64,000 bases of DNA, taken from positions 6,074,963 to 6,138,962 of the forward strand of contig MU061579.1 in NCBI GenBank assembly GCA_013265495.1. The letters run 5' to 3'. The notes beneath the pieces were generated by a model. It had not been told where the DNA came from, did not search any database, and worked only from the letters and a program-made list of their open reading frames with translations. Below, one piece after another: positions 50,837 to 64,000 of this stretch. Position numbers and translations under genes: made by a program. The stretch comes from Vicugna vicugna (taxonomy: Eukaryota). The number at the start of each line of letters is the position of its first letter. The stretch's first letter is position 1.

Positions 50837-50954
50837 CTAGCTCTTCATTTTCTATCACTTCAAATGTGGCCCAGAGATCATCTTTCGTTGGAATTATATT
50901 TTTTATTGCTAATATGTCACTAGTTAATTCTTCTGCTTCCATCACGGGAGATAT
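50837..50954 (-). CDS. ARAP2: ARAP2 coding exon, RA domain: ISPVMEAEELTSDILAIKNIIPTKDDLWATFEVIENEEL(E)
   Basis: cttcccttgcag|ATA ... CTAG|gtaagt; 118 nt, phase 0-1; overlaps ORF 50829..51053. Confidence 0.96.
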
Positions 50955-52184
50955 CTGCAAGGGAAGCAACACTGCTTCAGGACACGTGTCAGACGCAGAG
51001 CGGCCTTGGGCTGGGCCGTAACACTCCCCCACCGCCATCTCAACATACTCCAAGTGTCTTCTTAGTACATGTAACTAGCTTCTCTAAGCACATGGAAGGA
51101 ACAGCCTATTCAGATGTTCTCCATACATTTTCATGTGAGTGTAAAAGAAAAATCATCAGCTGAGGAACTTTTTTTCCCCACCTAGTGAAAAGTGAGATCA
51201 CGCAAAAGAGAAGAAGGTACCTGTTCAGAGAGACCTTCAATAGACAGCAGATGGATCCAATGATCTTGTAGGAGTAAAACTTTTCACTCGCCAGTTCTAT
51301 AATTAGGAGTTTAAAGTGGCTTGGTTTATTCAGCCCAGACCCTCAGTCATACACAATTGACTGCTGTCTGCTGTGACAAAACACCCCAGGGTTTTAGCGG
51401 TCTGTGACGTGCCCTGCCATGCCAAGTGACAGATGGTGGGGTACCAAAGTATGCTCGAGCCAGGACTTCAGGGCACAGGGCAGAGTCTGCCGTGTCAGCC
51501 CAAGGGCCAGCTCTGCGAGGGTCCCAAAGCCTTGGGCCACAGCACAGGCCCGTCCACCTTCTTCAGGGACTTTTGGGATTTTGATTTGTTTCTTCCTACT
51601 TTTGTTTTTACCAGTCTTAAGGGCATGCTGGCCAAAAGCAAGTTGGCTTTCTTCAATTAAAATTTAGTTATAATGTTTAACAGTCAGAAGTGATTTAAGT
51701 ATTAGAATATTGCAACTGCAACCCAGTTTATGTCTTTTCAGTAAAAGTATACACCTAGTAAAAAATTTCTTAGAAAAGGAATATGCTCATTTCCATTTCT
51801 CCTGTCCATTACTGATCATAAGCATCCTGCAAATATATAAATACTATAAACATTTTCCACTACAGGTAACTCACACAGTCTATCTCTTGAATTTTATGGA
51901 ATTTATTGCTCTCTTTGGAATATATTAATGACACAGTGAAGTCCATGGTTTTCTACTTAGAAAAGCCCAGTGTAGTACAACCATAAAAGAAAAAACAAAA
52001 TAGCATCTGGGAACTGTAGAGGACTTTAAGCAGTAGAGACATCAGTAGATGAATCATTTCAGTGATACTTCTCATCTGAATGGCTTTACAATTTTTTTAA
52101 GAAGTGTAGTCCTTTCTTAAAATAATAAATTACTAAGAAGCTAAACTAGTGAAAAGTCTAGGTTACAAGGGTGGGGGATTAGTA

Positions 52185-52420
52185 ATAATAGCACTACTAG
52201 TTATTTATCAAACACTTATGTACTGAGCAGTTTGCTAAGTGCTTTACATGCAGTATCTTTTTGGGTCCTCACATCGATGCTATGATGTAAATACTGAAAT
52301 TTCCTCACATTTTATAGGTACGAAGGCTGAGGCTCTGGTGGAGTAAGTTGCCTAATGTTAAGAAAGAGGAACGGGAGGAGGAAGTATTAGAACTCAGGTT
52401 GTTTTCCAGAACCTACAGAA
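52185..52420 (-). mobile_element. MIR SINE
   Basis: cacttatgtactgagcagtttgctaagtgctttacatg...cattttataggtacgaaggctgaggct. Confidence 0.7.
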
Positions 52421-52639
52421 CATCCTAATCATAACCTAACAAATATAGGATAGTCTCTCTCCAAATGACCAAAACATGGGATTCCTGGAGGATATTGGTA
52501 TAAAGAGCCAAACTTGTCATGATTTGAATCGGACACGTAGAATAAAATGTAAGCAGCAATGGGAAATTCAAGATGTGCAAACTAATGCTAACACTTATGA
52601 TTTCTAATAGTACTCTTTACATTCATCCTTAGGACTCAC

Positions 52640-52714
52640 TCGAATTATAATACTGCAGTCAGGCTCCTTCCTTTCTACGTACACTTCAATTAACAAATCT
52701 CCAGCCTGGGAAAC
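52640..52714 (-). CDS. ARAP2: ARAP2 coding exon, start of RA domain: VSQAGDLLIEVYVERKEPDCSIIIR
   Basis: ccctttcctag|GTT ... CGA|gtgagt; 75 nt, phase 0-0. Confidence 0.95.
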
Positions 52715-55108
52715 CTAGGAAAGGGCAGATGTGAAGACAGCAAATGTAAGTATGTTGCAAGAGCACACAAATGATATACTCAAGACAGTTAGAAAGTCCT
52801 AGTCATATTTCTAACGATTTTTATAATAATGAAATGAGATCAGTCCCCCTGTTAACAGCATAATGATACCTATTTTCCAGATGTGGTTGATTAAGGACAA
52901 GGAAGCTACCCAAATGATGTAATCTGCAACCACAATCACAATGCAACTTTTTATCTCTTCCTCAAAAGTTTAGCGTCCTCACATACCTGTAACATTCTTA
53001 CTGAAATAACAAATCTGGCTGCAGTGGAAACAAAGAGATAAGTCCAAAAATTGAAATTTGAAGATAAATTAGGTCAGAATGGCATTAAATTACAAATAGA
53101 AAAAGCATATTTAGCAAAGAAAATTAAAAGTGAAGTGACAGAATAAGGAGATACTAAAGATAAGTTTCAATTTTAATTATCTTTAGCCAAGCAGCAAGTG
53201 CTGGATTACCCGGGACACTATTCTACCCAAGACGACAGACTCAGTGACGAATACACAAGCCAGAAAATAAAAGGCATAAGATATCACTGTGTAGATTGAC
53301 AGTATCATGTGGAGCAGATCAACAAAGGAACAAATGAATCTATGAAAAATATTCCGAGTAGCTTTTTCCAGAAATTTCCTTAAGTTATGTAACCACTCAG
53401 AAATAATATCTATCGTTTATTTTTTAAAAAAAGATCATAAGTGAGGAACAACCATTCTGAAGTTAAGTTTACCTCAGAATAAAACCTGATGAGTAAATTT
53501 CTGGGGAAAACATTAAAAATGTACTTTGAAGAAGTGTTCTTAGTTATTCTGACACTACAGGCTTAGAAAAACTTACTTCTAGTTTTTCTTCCTCAGTTTT
53601 GAAGCTACACAAAAATTCTAGGGAAGAAAAGATACACTTGACAGTTTTACTTCTCCTTGTGTTTGCATAAACAACTCTCCAGGAAAGACACATTTTAAAA
53701 ATTAAAAAAGCAAACACAAAGAACTCACAGAGTGCAGCCAAAAACGAGAATAGCTCAGAAATTCAAACAGGAATAAGACACAGAGACTGTCAGAAAAATA
53801 CTTCAGAGGAGAGTTTTGAATGGATTAGAGAAAAACTCCAGCCAAAGAATAGATTTCTTCCAAACTCTTCTATTTTTCTCTCCCAATTACTCTATTTTAT
53901 AGACAATTCTTATTTTTACTTCTACTTAATCAGAAAGCATTCAAGACTCATTTATTGTAGTATGAATACAAATGATCAAACTGCAGAATGGTATTCATAA
54001 TTTATCCAATAACAATATAGATAGTGTTGCCAAAGATTATCTCCTGGGCTCACACACTCCTTTATTTCATGACTGAAACTCTTTCCCCAAAAAGAACACA
54101 AGAAGTAACTGATAATGAGCCGCAGTTTTTAGTGTTACAGCTAACTCCTCTTGATGCTGCGTTAATTCCTTTGGGTCAAAACAGAGGAAATACTTTCTTA
54201 GGGAATTACTGTCACAGTGTTAGTACCTGGGGATCTAGGCACCAGGATGAAAGACTTTCCTCATCTCCCTCACATGGAGCGACAGCTCCCACGGCTTCTC
54301 TGATTCGTGGTGTATATTTCAGGAATGAGGCGCACTTAGGGTTTGACTAATAAGAAAGCATTTGTCTCATCCCGAGTGCATCTATAAATAGAATATTTGA
54401 CCCATTTTTATTCTTGACATTGGTACCCTGAATCTACCACAATTCCTAGTTATTAAAAGAGGATTAAAGACCAACTTTAAGAAGGTCCAGTGACTATTCA
54501 TCAAAGGAGGAAAAGTACCCTAGAAAAGCACAGCGCCACCTGAACACGTAAATTCAACATGATGCGACTGAGGAAAGCAAGAGAAGATCTAGAAAAGTCA
54601 ACTCAAGACATGAATTAACATATGTTACAAAGAGCACTTCAGAAACATTCCCACTAGTGCAATCACCCAAGAGCATGCAAAGCAAAAGCAGAGAGGAAAT
54701 AACTTATAATTTCGAACTCATAATGGAAAGAGTCATGAGGGAGGCTGAACTTTCAGTTTATTCTAGTATTTCTTTTGACTTTAAATGCTTCCTCTGAAAC
54801 CCACTATTTTTCTCAGTAGCACTTTTATAAACAAAAGCTGATTTTATAAAGGACGTTCTGATATGATTAAAACTGTTTTTTCCATCTATGTTTTGGCAAA
54901 TTTATATTACCATGCTTCGGCATTTTGCATGTATGGGTCAGCTGCAGAATTTCACAACTGTTTTACCTCGGCTCTTTTCCCCCATTTCTTTTATTGTGCT
55001 TCAAATACGAATTTGAAAATAAACACAACAAATATCTTTACTTACAATGAAAGTTTTTCGTTTTTTTTTATGTTTTTATTTATTGGAGATCTAACTATTA
55101 CTACTCAC

Positions 55109-55177
55109 TTGAGTGTCTTTCCACTTGGTAATAAAGCTATTTTCTATGTCCATTTGTTTGACTTGGTCTTCTTTAAC
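55109..55177 (-). CDS. ARAP2: ARAP2 coding exon: VKEDQVKQMDIENSFITKWKDTQ
   Basis: ttttaaacag|GTT ... CAA|gtgagt; 69 nt, phase 0-0. Confidence 0.94.
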
Positions 55178-56639
55178 CTGTTTAAAATATAATTTGGGAC
55201 ATTCTAATAAAATACAAGGAGTGATGATACTCATCCTCACATAACCTTCTTCAGGAATTTAAAGACCAACATGTTGAAAATAAATGAGAATGGCCATGTT
55301 AATCAGCATGGGCCCACACGGCATGGGCAGAAATGAAGCCAACACGATTCAGCCTCAACTTCAGAACCTCTGATGATGATTCCACATCAGGCTGCAGGTT
55401 CCATCAGTGGAAATCCCTTGGCTGAGGCAATTTAATAAGCAAAGGGCTGATGACTAGTTTGTTAGAGTTTACGGAGGTTGAGAGACAAGACTTACTGCTC
55501 AAACAGAAATGTTCAGTAAGTGTTTATGAAATTCCCACTGTTTGCTTAAAGTTCGATTTAACAAAACTACGTAGATAAACATTATTAACAGTACAAAAAA
55601 TAGAAAATAAAGAGAGCATGCAAAGCCGCACATTTTTCCCCTAAGTCTTTCATCTCTCAGCATCAGAACTGTTGCAAAGAAGTTGCTATTGATCAAAAAC
55701 AGGGGACACATACAGAAAGAAATAAAAAGGAGATACAAGAGCAAAGGGAATCCAACAATTGTCATGTCCGTTCCTATAAAAATTAAGACACAAACTGTGT
55801 TATTTTATTAAAATACAGTTTCTTTCCCTTGGCTATGGAATCTCATGATCAGTTATTAGAAGAATGTAAGAATTCTACAAAAGGCAACCTGTTACATTCA
55901 CCTATTTGATTTCAGCTGGTTGTATATATACATAGCCCTGGAAAGCGAGAGTTCTCATTCAAGAGCACTTAACAGAATGCCTCAAAAGGTTTTAAATGAC
56001 AAGACTGAGATGGCAGAAGCAGTTAAGCACCTGAAGCTGACCTTTGACCCAGGCCCCCTTTAATCCCCCTGTTCAAATCCTGGGCTTATTGTCTCTATTC
56101 TCACTTCTTTGAACTAAGAAATCCTCCCTTTCCTAACAGTTTTCTGATGAAACATGAAAATACTAACTTCATAAAATAGCAAATTGAAGAGTCAAATAAT
56201 TAGAACAGAGATGACAATAAAAACCACAGAATATTACTTCAGAATTTCTTTTTTCCCCCAATTCATGCATGATTAAAAGAAAACATCAAATGCTTTCAAT
56301 TGCAAAACTGATCAGCCTGGCTTTTATTACCGAATTTGTGACATTCATAATTTCACACTTCTAAGTACATGTACTTAATGCATACATATATGGAAGAGGA
56401 AAAAAAAAACCCATAAAAACATTATAAATAGAATCACTGTCCAACAAACACCAGATGGTAAAAAAGCTTTAAAAGCAGCCAAATTGAAATAAATGGCTAT
56501 AGCTTAAAAAGCTAGTTATATCTAAAAATCTAAGGATCATATAACTATCTTTTATTTTCTTCAACCTAAAATACATACTTTTGTTTGCAAACAGTAACAT
56601 CAAAACTATCTTAACAAGGGCAGGACATAAAATATTTAC

Positions 56640-56787
56640 CTCAAATATTTCAACATAATTATTAATTAAGTCCTCGATTACATTCACTTCTTCACTAGTT
56701 TGTCCCTTAGTTTGAAACAAGCAGGAGGAAAAGACCAAGGCCAAATTATGGGCATCCATGTGATTGATTTCTGAGCATTTCTGAACC
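56640..56787 (-). CDS. ARAP2: ARAP2 coding exon, end of RhoGAP-like domain: VQKCSEINHMDAHNLALVFSSCLFQTKGQTSEEVNVIEDLINNYVEIFE
   Basis: tctcgaacag|G ... GAG|gtaaat; 148 nt, phase 2-0. Contains the RhoGAP 'NxMxxxNLAxVF' motif. Confidence 0.96.
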
Positions 56788-59700
56788 CTGTTCGAGAAAA
56801 GCAGAGCTTATTACAACACATTTTTATTTGAAAATTTCATAGAAATTGTAAGTCTTAATACTCATTTATCGTCTTTTTTTTTTTTTTTACACACACACAC
56901 ATTGAAGGTCTCTGATATGTAAGGCGCAGTGGTGATCTAAAGAAAAACACACAGTTCTTTCTTTCAAGTAGCTTACAGTTTGTTAAGAGTATAAGTCAGA
57001 GGAGCTATTACTACAAGTCACAGAGCAGTACTTGATTGTCACTTTAGAGGAAGGAGCCCCCCCATATTCAGACAATTCCAGGTAATGGACAACCTGCAGC
57101 TAAAGCAGAAAGGTGTGTTTGTAGAACAGCGTCAAATGACTTGTGGGACTGAAGCATAAATAAAGGAGGGAGAAGGGCAGTATGTAAGCAGAAAACAAGG
57201 CCAGAACGGTGACCTGGGAGGCAGATAGCTGGGAGTTTCAAATTCGACGTTCAGGACTAGGTTCAACTTCCCAGAAAGTGCATATCAGGCAAGAAAACAC
57301 CTGGCAGCATGTGTTTAGATGGTTATTCAAAATAGGATAATATACAAATCAAAAAAGCAAAAAGCAATCACTTAATTTAAAAATACAATTACATTTTTCT
57401 TGGATTTCACTAAGAATGGCTTTTTACAGTGAACAGACCTGAGTAGTAAAGTACATCAGTAAACTACAACACTTGAGTTTTACAAAGAACATATAATGTA
57501 CTCACAAATTAAGTTCAAGGTGATTGGAAACAAAAACTACAGCCATCACCCCAATAAAAGGAAATTTTCACTGATAAAAATGCACGCGGACTCTGAGTAA
57601 CTCACATGAAAGTATCTGTTAGTGCTATTTGTCCCTGACTGTGCATATAGCAGCATATAGTGCATATTGCCTAATTACATTTGCAAATTTCTTAAATGGA
57701 TACTGAAAAAGGAAGATCAATTCTATCAAAGGAATAAAGCAAGACTAAGGTAGGTGCAGCTGGCTATAAAGAGTAAAGAATCAAGTAGGTACAAGAAGAA
57801 TAAGCAAATATGACAGCAATATATATGATAATGTAAGAAACACACAGTGAAATGCCAAATTGCATTGCGGAGACGGAGCAAGTGCAATCATCATATATGA
57901 TTTACAAGATGCAAAAGGAATTGCAAGTTAATAGAGGAGGATGTCATAATTGTGGGCATCCCTCTTAAAACCACTTCTGTACTTTCATCATACTAGACTG
58001 TAAACATCTGGAAAATATATCTGCACATCTGCCTCTAGAATCTAAGCATTTCACAGTGAGAGACGTGTTAATCACACTGTAGTCTGTAATAAATATCTGA
58101 TGAATGGAATTAAGTAAATGTTAGTCACGGAGGAAGTGATCTGTTATCTAGGGCAGGGATGAAAGTAAACGCTAAATCAACCTGACCTTATCCAAATTGA
58201 CCTCTCCAACTTTTGACGACACTATCAAACATTCCCACCTCTCTGAGACTTCCTTCTGCAATGGCATTCTCCTCTAATACTCCTCACCTTTCTTCAGTTT
58301 CTGCCATCAAGTACATATACTATGTATTTTCCGTTTCTTTCTTCATTTCTCTGCCCCTGCGTTAGCATCCCTAAGTGTCCCATGTTCCACCAGCTTACTC
58401 TCTTCTCACTCAGGACTTCTCATCAGAAACCCAAGGAAACTGTTTCTTAAACAGTTTCTCTGCCTCTGTTCTAACCTCTTCCTGATGACAGGCATGATTA
58501 TCCTACAAGAGATTGGATCAGTCACTCCTTATCACTGAAAGGAATACAATCCAAATGTTTCTGCATGACCAAAAGCGCCTTCACAGCCTCCTGCCAGCCA
58601 CCTACAAACCACCCCATCTCCAAGCACACCTGCTTCCTAGAAAATGTCCTTCACTCACGTCTTCTACTTATTTTTCTCTCATGCCCAGTTCATCTAACCC
58701 TTTAAATCTGAAGCATCACCTGGACCTCAACACACAATGGAGCTCTCGATCCCTCCTCTATAATTCCATGTCTTATGCTAAAATTCTCCATGTTAAAGTC
58801 TGTTCTGATGGTGCTGTGTTTTCCTAAAAAATATATAAAAGGACCTGCAGCATCCCTGTGAGTTCACACTGTGATGTCCCAGGGTCCTTGGTGCTCTCTG
58901 GGAACTGTGGATGTAAGACTGTTTTTGTCACGCATGTATTATCAACTACTTCTGTTCACAGGAAATCTTAATGGACATTATATTGTACAGAGTAGGAGCT
59001 AAAAATATATGTTAGTTGAAGAAAAGGATGGGAAGGAACTCATGTGAAATTCAAACATGAATTAGAAGTTTAAGAATTATGTGTAATTCACTGTTTAAAA
59101 TATTAACATTCTAAATTGTATCAGCCTGGTGACCTATTAAAATCTTTAAAGAAAAAAAAATGTGACCCAGTGTCTCATAGGCATAGAGACAGGACTACAC
59201 AAATTATAGGCTATACTTGCGTGATGCAATAAGAAAATCAGATTTACAGTAACGGAGCTTGCGTGTGTAAGTGGTGGCTGGAAAGGAAAGATTAAGAGAA
59301 AAGGCAAATTGTGGAGGATTTATATACATCTAAACTCCAAATAAGGTAAGCTGAGTAGAATTCAGCATCATAGAAATTTATTCAAAGGAATATTGCATCC
59401 ATGCAGGAAGCCACAGTATATTCCTTAAGAATATTTACATTGATTTAAGTTTTTGTAATTAATTCTTGCTGATAGCAAAAGAAACAACAAACCTTTCATT
59501 TCCACTTAAAAGGTTATTTTCAAACCTCATCCTTCAGATGTCCTGCCCTCCTATCCCTCCCCTCTTATCCCTCCCAAATGCAGAGGACTACATGCCCTGA
59601 TACAGAAAACGTTTTTGTCTTTTAAAATTTCCTCATCTAATCAACAATCTGACACCAAGACATTAGAGTCAGGTTAGATACAAACTGATAATGAAGAAAT

Positions 59701-60070
59701 AAGCATGTACTGTGTTCACAGGCAGACTCCTGCCGTCAAATTCTGGTCCTTGTACTCCTTTCTCCAACTTCCCTCTTAAGTGTCTGAGAAGCTCTTGCTT
59801 GTGTACCGGACGTGTTTGAGGACGCTGCACATGATTATTTGTAATTCATTTAAGACAATCTCCAGTGCCATTTATCTGAAATGTATCTTAATTCCAGAAG
59901 GAGACACTAAAGTGATAGTTGATGGGAATTCCATTTTGAAACCATTCTTAAGACACGGCGAGAGATTCACAGTCACAAGTAGAAGGTTAACTATGGTCAT
60001 TTAAATTTAAGAAATAATGATTACTCAGTGTCATGTTTGAAATGTCAAGAAATTTCATGAATCCACCCAC

Positions 60071-60176
60071 CTGTACAGGTGCTCAATTACAGCCGCCAGC
60101 GTTGCTTGGTTGACCCCCGGGAGAGTGCGTATAAATGCTCCGTACTTTTTAATTCTTTCCTTGTCATCTTGGATGT
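60071..60176 (-). CDS. ARAP2: ARAP2 coding exon, RhoGAP-like domain: (D)IQDDKERIKKYGAFIRTLPGVNQATLAAVIEHLY(R)
   Basis: cctccag|AC ... TACAG|gtgggt; 106 nt, phase 1-2, in frame with its neighbours. Confidence 0.95.
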
Positions 60177-60599
60177 CTGGAGGTTAAATACACACACACA
60201 CACACAAAATTTTAGGTTTAGACAAATGATCTCTATTACAAATGTGCATTATATCAGTATTTTAAAACAACATTCACAATGGTATTTCATTGATGCAATC
60301 AAGCTCGAGTAAAAACCTTCAAACTTCTGTCATTCTGGAAAAGCATTTACGTGAACGTACCACGCCTATACGTTCCAGTTCTCACACTCTGTAATTAAAA
60401 ATGAAGCACTGTCAAAACCCAGGGTTGTATTTTACCTTCAACTTTAGGGACTGCTGAACTTCAGCTAAAAGGAATATATTCAATTAATAATACAGTAAAG
60501 TACAGATTGGAGAGATACACCAAGAGATTTTTACTGTAGCTATGGAAAGACTTCACTGTTTGGTTATTTGAAAATGACATTTCTGATCTTTTTTCCTTG

Positions 60600-61208
60600 T
60601 GGAATCATAAAAATCTTCCCCAAACTATGAACCACCCCAGAGCTATGAATTGTATGTACCCCCAGATCTACAGAAGGGGCCCTTCCCCAGCCCAAGAACC
60701 TTCAACTCTTCGGAGAAGGTAAGGGCACAGGGGAAGAAGGCATGTGCAGGCCCTGGTCACTATGACGCAGACTAAGAGGAGGAAGGACCCTCTGCCTTTG
60801 GTGTGGACAGGACTTAGTTAATCACAGAGAGGAGGATGAGAAGGAAAGACGTTCCTCCTCTCTCCTAACCCCAAGAAGTCAAATACTTAGGGAAACTACA
60901 CAAGACGCCCAGAGTCCTAGACTCTAGAAGATGTGCAGTGGTGGTTGGGTCTAACCTACTCCCTCACAGGGGAGATAAAGGACCTCTCTTCCATCAATAA
61001 ATTGCGCTGACTTTGTAAATCAAGTGTATTGCACTTGTATGGCTCCTTGCGATTCCCAACTACCTCTGGAATAAGGCTTTTTCATTCTCTGCTTTGCCCT
61101 ACGTATACTATTCACAGAAGGCCAGCAGCACACTAAAGATTCTTTGAAAGTACATGGTCTCTTGTAAAGGGTGTCTGGATCTCTGGGGAGGAAATAAGCT
61201 CTGTGACA
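60600..61208 (+). mobile_element. probable old solo LTR (family unassigned)
   Basis: GC-richer block with AATAAA near 60996 and a ...tgtgaca end; no clean TSD found and the left edge is uncertain. Confidence 0.35.
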
Positions 61209-61384
61209 CATTTTTAATGTACACTCCTATTCAAAACTGCAACTGATGGCTCCTTTGTACTGATTTAGCCCACACGTGAGATCTGTAAAAGTCAACATGG
61301 TCATACTGACTTAACTGTGCTTTGCAGATGACTCTCTAAAAGCCAGAAGGGCAAAACACCCAAATGACATTCAAAGACTATACT

Positions 61385-61564
61385 GTGGGCAGGGGAGAGG
61401 GGATAGCTCAGGCATAGAGTATGTGCTTAGCATGCATGAGGTCCTGGGTTCAATCCCCAGTACCTTCACTAAAATAAATAAATAAATAAATAAAATACAT
61501 AAATAAATAAATCTAATTACCTCCCGCCCCCCAAAAAAACTTTTTAAAAATAATTTAAAAAAAC
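61385..61564 (+). mobile_element. camelid vic-1-type SINE with 13-bp TSD
   Basis: tRNA-like head and (TAAA)n; perfect TSD caaagactatact at 61372-61384 and 61565-61577. Confidence 0.92.
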
Positions 61565-63689
61565 CAAAGACTATACTAGAAGTAAATTAAGAATTACCTA
61601 TCATCCCTGGTATAATCCAAATATTTTCCCTCGTGTCATCCAGTTTCTAACTATGGAAGTAACTGCATTATTTAGCAACATGTCATTAATGCTACTACAC
61701 TCATAACAAGTCATGCCAGTATAGAGTATTTTCACAAATCTCACAAGAATAAAATAGATGACATTTTCAAAATAAAGTTTAAGTAACTGGAAAGTAAAAC
61801 TGAAGATAGATTTCAGGTCATAGAGGAAATACAATGAGCTATTCAACTAGCCACAGACTTCAGACAATTTAAGAACAGATCATATATCATACAAATAGGT
61901 GAGATGCTACTGAAAGGCATTCTTTGCCTTGGGCACACAGGACCCAAGAGAGCTCTCCTGTGAGGTCACCCAGAGAGTTCTGGTTTATTCTTGTCAGATC
62001 CCACAAAAGGCCCTTTTCTGACAGGTCAGGGTGAGCTACGTCGGATCTAAAAGCATAGAACTTTTAACACTTTGACCCAATATTCAAATCCTTCTCCAAG
62101 TAAATTCTCAAGGATTCACATCCCAACGAAAGGTGAAACACATTCCTCTCTGACATATGCTAACATTTCCCAACTGCCTCCCCCGGTAGACTGACAACAG
62201 TTAAGACATCTTTGTCATTAAATTTGACAACTTCAGTACAAGCATGTATTTGTCACAGATTTTTTGATAACTGATTTTATAATAAAGACAAATTTTTAAT
62301 TCTTTGTAAAATAGAGATACTATAAATAACTTCGTGATTATAAATTACAATAAAAAGTTCTTCAAACAAAAATGAGGGTGGCAAGGTAACTGGGCTTACA
62401 AAGATGTATTTTATCTATTTCCACATTTTATATTCCAGAAAATTATAGAATCAACTTTTCTTGTGATGACAGTTAAACCTATTGATTTGAGAAGTATCGA
62501 GAAGCAAATAAAAAACCTCTGAACTAGGCAGTGAAATTGTGAAAAGCTTTATTTTAATAACAATACTCCCCTCTTTTGCTGACACAGAAAAGGGTCATTC
62601 TTGGGATTATTTTTCAAACTGGATGTTTTGTGACATCATCTCAAAATCAAGCCCTTAAAATATATTATGTTTTAGATTAAACAAATACTTTCAATTAAAA
62701 AATCAATTTTTCAACAGAGGAACATCGTATAGTCAAATTCAAAAGTCATTTTCCAAAAAAAAAATCTCAAAACAGATTAAATGTACAAGAGAAAAATATA
62801 TTATTAAATTATGGTATAATTCAATGATATATTTTAAAAATTGAAAAAAATGAAGATTCAATATCATCATGTTGAAAGCATTGCTAATATTTGGGAAATG
62901 TGTTCGGTTTATTAACAAAACAAAGATTACACATAAATCATAGGTGTGGGGACAAAGACTATAAAATAATTTGAAAAGTAAAAATACCTCTATTAGAAAT
63001 CTGGGATTTAAGGCAACATTTCCATTTAAAAGTCTTTACTGTTGTAATGTTTCTATAAAAGGAGCTATTCTGAATTAACTGATGTAAATATAGGTTTTAC
63101 TGAAATCAATTTGTCTGATTAACTGATTTAATAAACTACTTTCCTAGGATCATTTCTTAAATAAGTTCTCTTACAGTGTAGAAGAGTTTCTTTTTCTTTT
63201 ATTTTATTAGACAGAATCAAGAGATAATGAAGAAACAGTAAAGAAAAAGAAAAAGTTGAGTAACTCTAAAGAGGTAGAATAAATGAAAAAGGAAAGTCAA
63301 AGAGCCATATGGGAAAATCATGGAAAACAAATCTTGTATTAAACATTTCATTTTAATCTTAATGAGAAATGAAAAGCCCAAGTGGACTTGACTATACTAC
63401 TTCCAAAGTTAAGGCAAAGTAAGCACTACGAAATCTACAGAAAACGTATTACCGTAAAACACTGTTTAGCAATTATCACCATAAATTTCTTTTGAGGCAG
63501 ATAGAAACAACTATTGATGTTTGCACAATTTCTGTTCTGAACCACTATGTCCGTTGTTCCTTTCAATTAAATGTTCAGATTATCAAAGGAGATTTTAAAA
63601 ATCTATTATCAAATGAGAAGACAAGCCTTTATGCTGTTCTGTAGGATAAACACAATAAACATATAAACATATGTAAACAGATGTATTAC

Positions 63690-63902
63690 CCAAGGCAGAG
63701 ATCCAGTAGGGATAGAGCTCCTTGGTGAGAAGTGCATCGTCAATGTCGGAGAGAAAACTTTTCAACACGCCCGTCACATCCTCCAGCTGATGTTTTCCAG
63801 CCCTCAATTTAAAGCTTCTTGCATCCTTTTTGAAACTCTCGAGGAGTTCACTTACGTGCAAAGGGTCTCCATTCTTCTGATAGATATATTTGCACCCTAA
63901 AC
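63690..63902 (-). CDS. ARAP2: ARAP2 coding exon (first in window), start of RhoGAP-like domain: (G)LGCKYIYQKNGDPLHVSELLESFKKDARSFKLRAGKHQLEDVTGVLKSFLSDIDDALLTKELYPYWISAL
   Basis: Acceptor tttttaaacaaag|GT, donor TTGG|gtaata; 213 nt, phase 1-1. The peptide matches my recollection of mammalian ARAP2 and overlaps ORF 63595..63861. The gene continues upstream beyond the window. Confidence 0.96.
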
Positions 63903-64000
63903 CTTTGTTTAAAAAAAAAAAAGTTACATGAAAAAAAGGCTCAAGTCAAAATCCACTTTGATATCTTAAAAATAGAACCAATTTTTGCACTGGGATGACG

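Noticed and set aside
54531..54545. CTCF-like GCGCCACCT
   Set aside because: Only half of the motif matches.
1..64000. CRISPR arrays, operons, rRNA, CpG-island promoter
   Set aside because: None seen; this is eukaryotic gene-body DNA and the ARAP2 promoter is outside the window.

Overview
Mammalian genomic DNA, most likely a camelid (camel/alpaca/vicuna), judged from several vic-1-type tRNA-derived SINEs. The window holds the 3' part of ARAP2 on the minus strand. I traced 13 coding exons by hand from 63902 down to the stop codon at 7935-7937. All have GT-AG boundaries and consistent phases, and together they give 1700 nt, about 565 aa covering the RhoGAP-like domain, RA domain, fifth PH domain and C-terminal tail. 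A 3'UTR with candidate poly(A) signals follows, and the 5' part of the gene lies beyond the window end. The rest is AT-rich intronic or intergenic DNA with L1, L2, MIR, MLT1 LTRs, hAT/Tigger DNA-transposon relics and camelid SINEs; repeat families are assigned from memory of consensus sequences and their edges are approximate. I found no convincing novel multi-gene system. The best leads are in-frame candidate cassette or terminal exons inside ARAP2 introns, a possible very decayed JNK-like kinase retrocopy near 3.56-3.89 kb (low confidence), the Arg-finger-less RhoGAP, a dense miRNA/Pumilio site cluster and a MITE in the 3'UTR, a dimeric SINE, and an intronic motif cluster.
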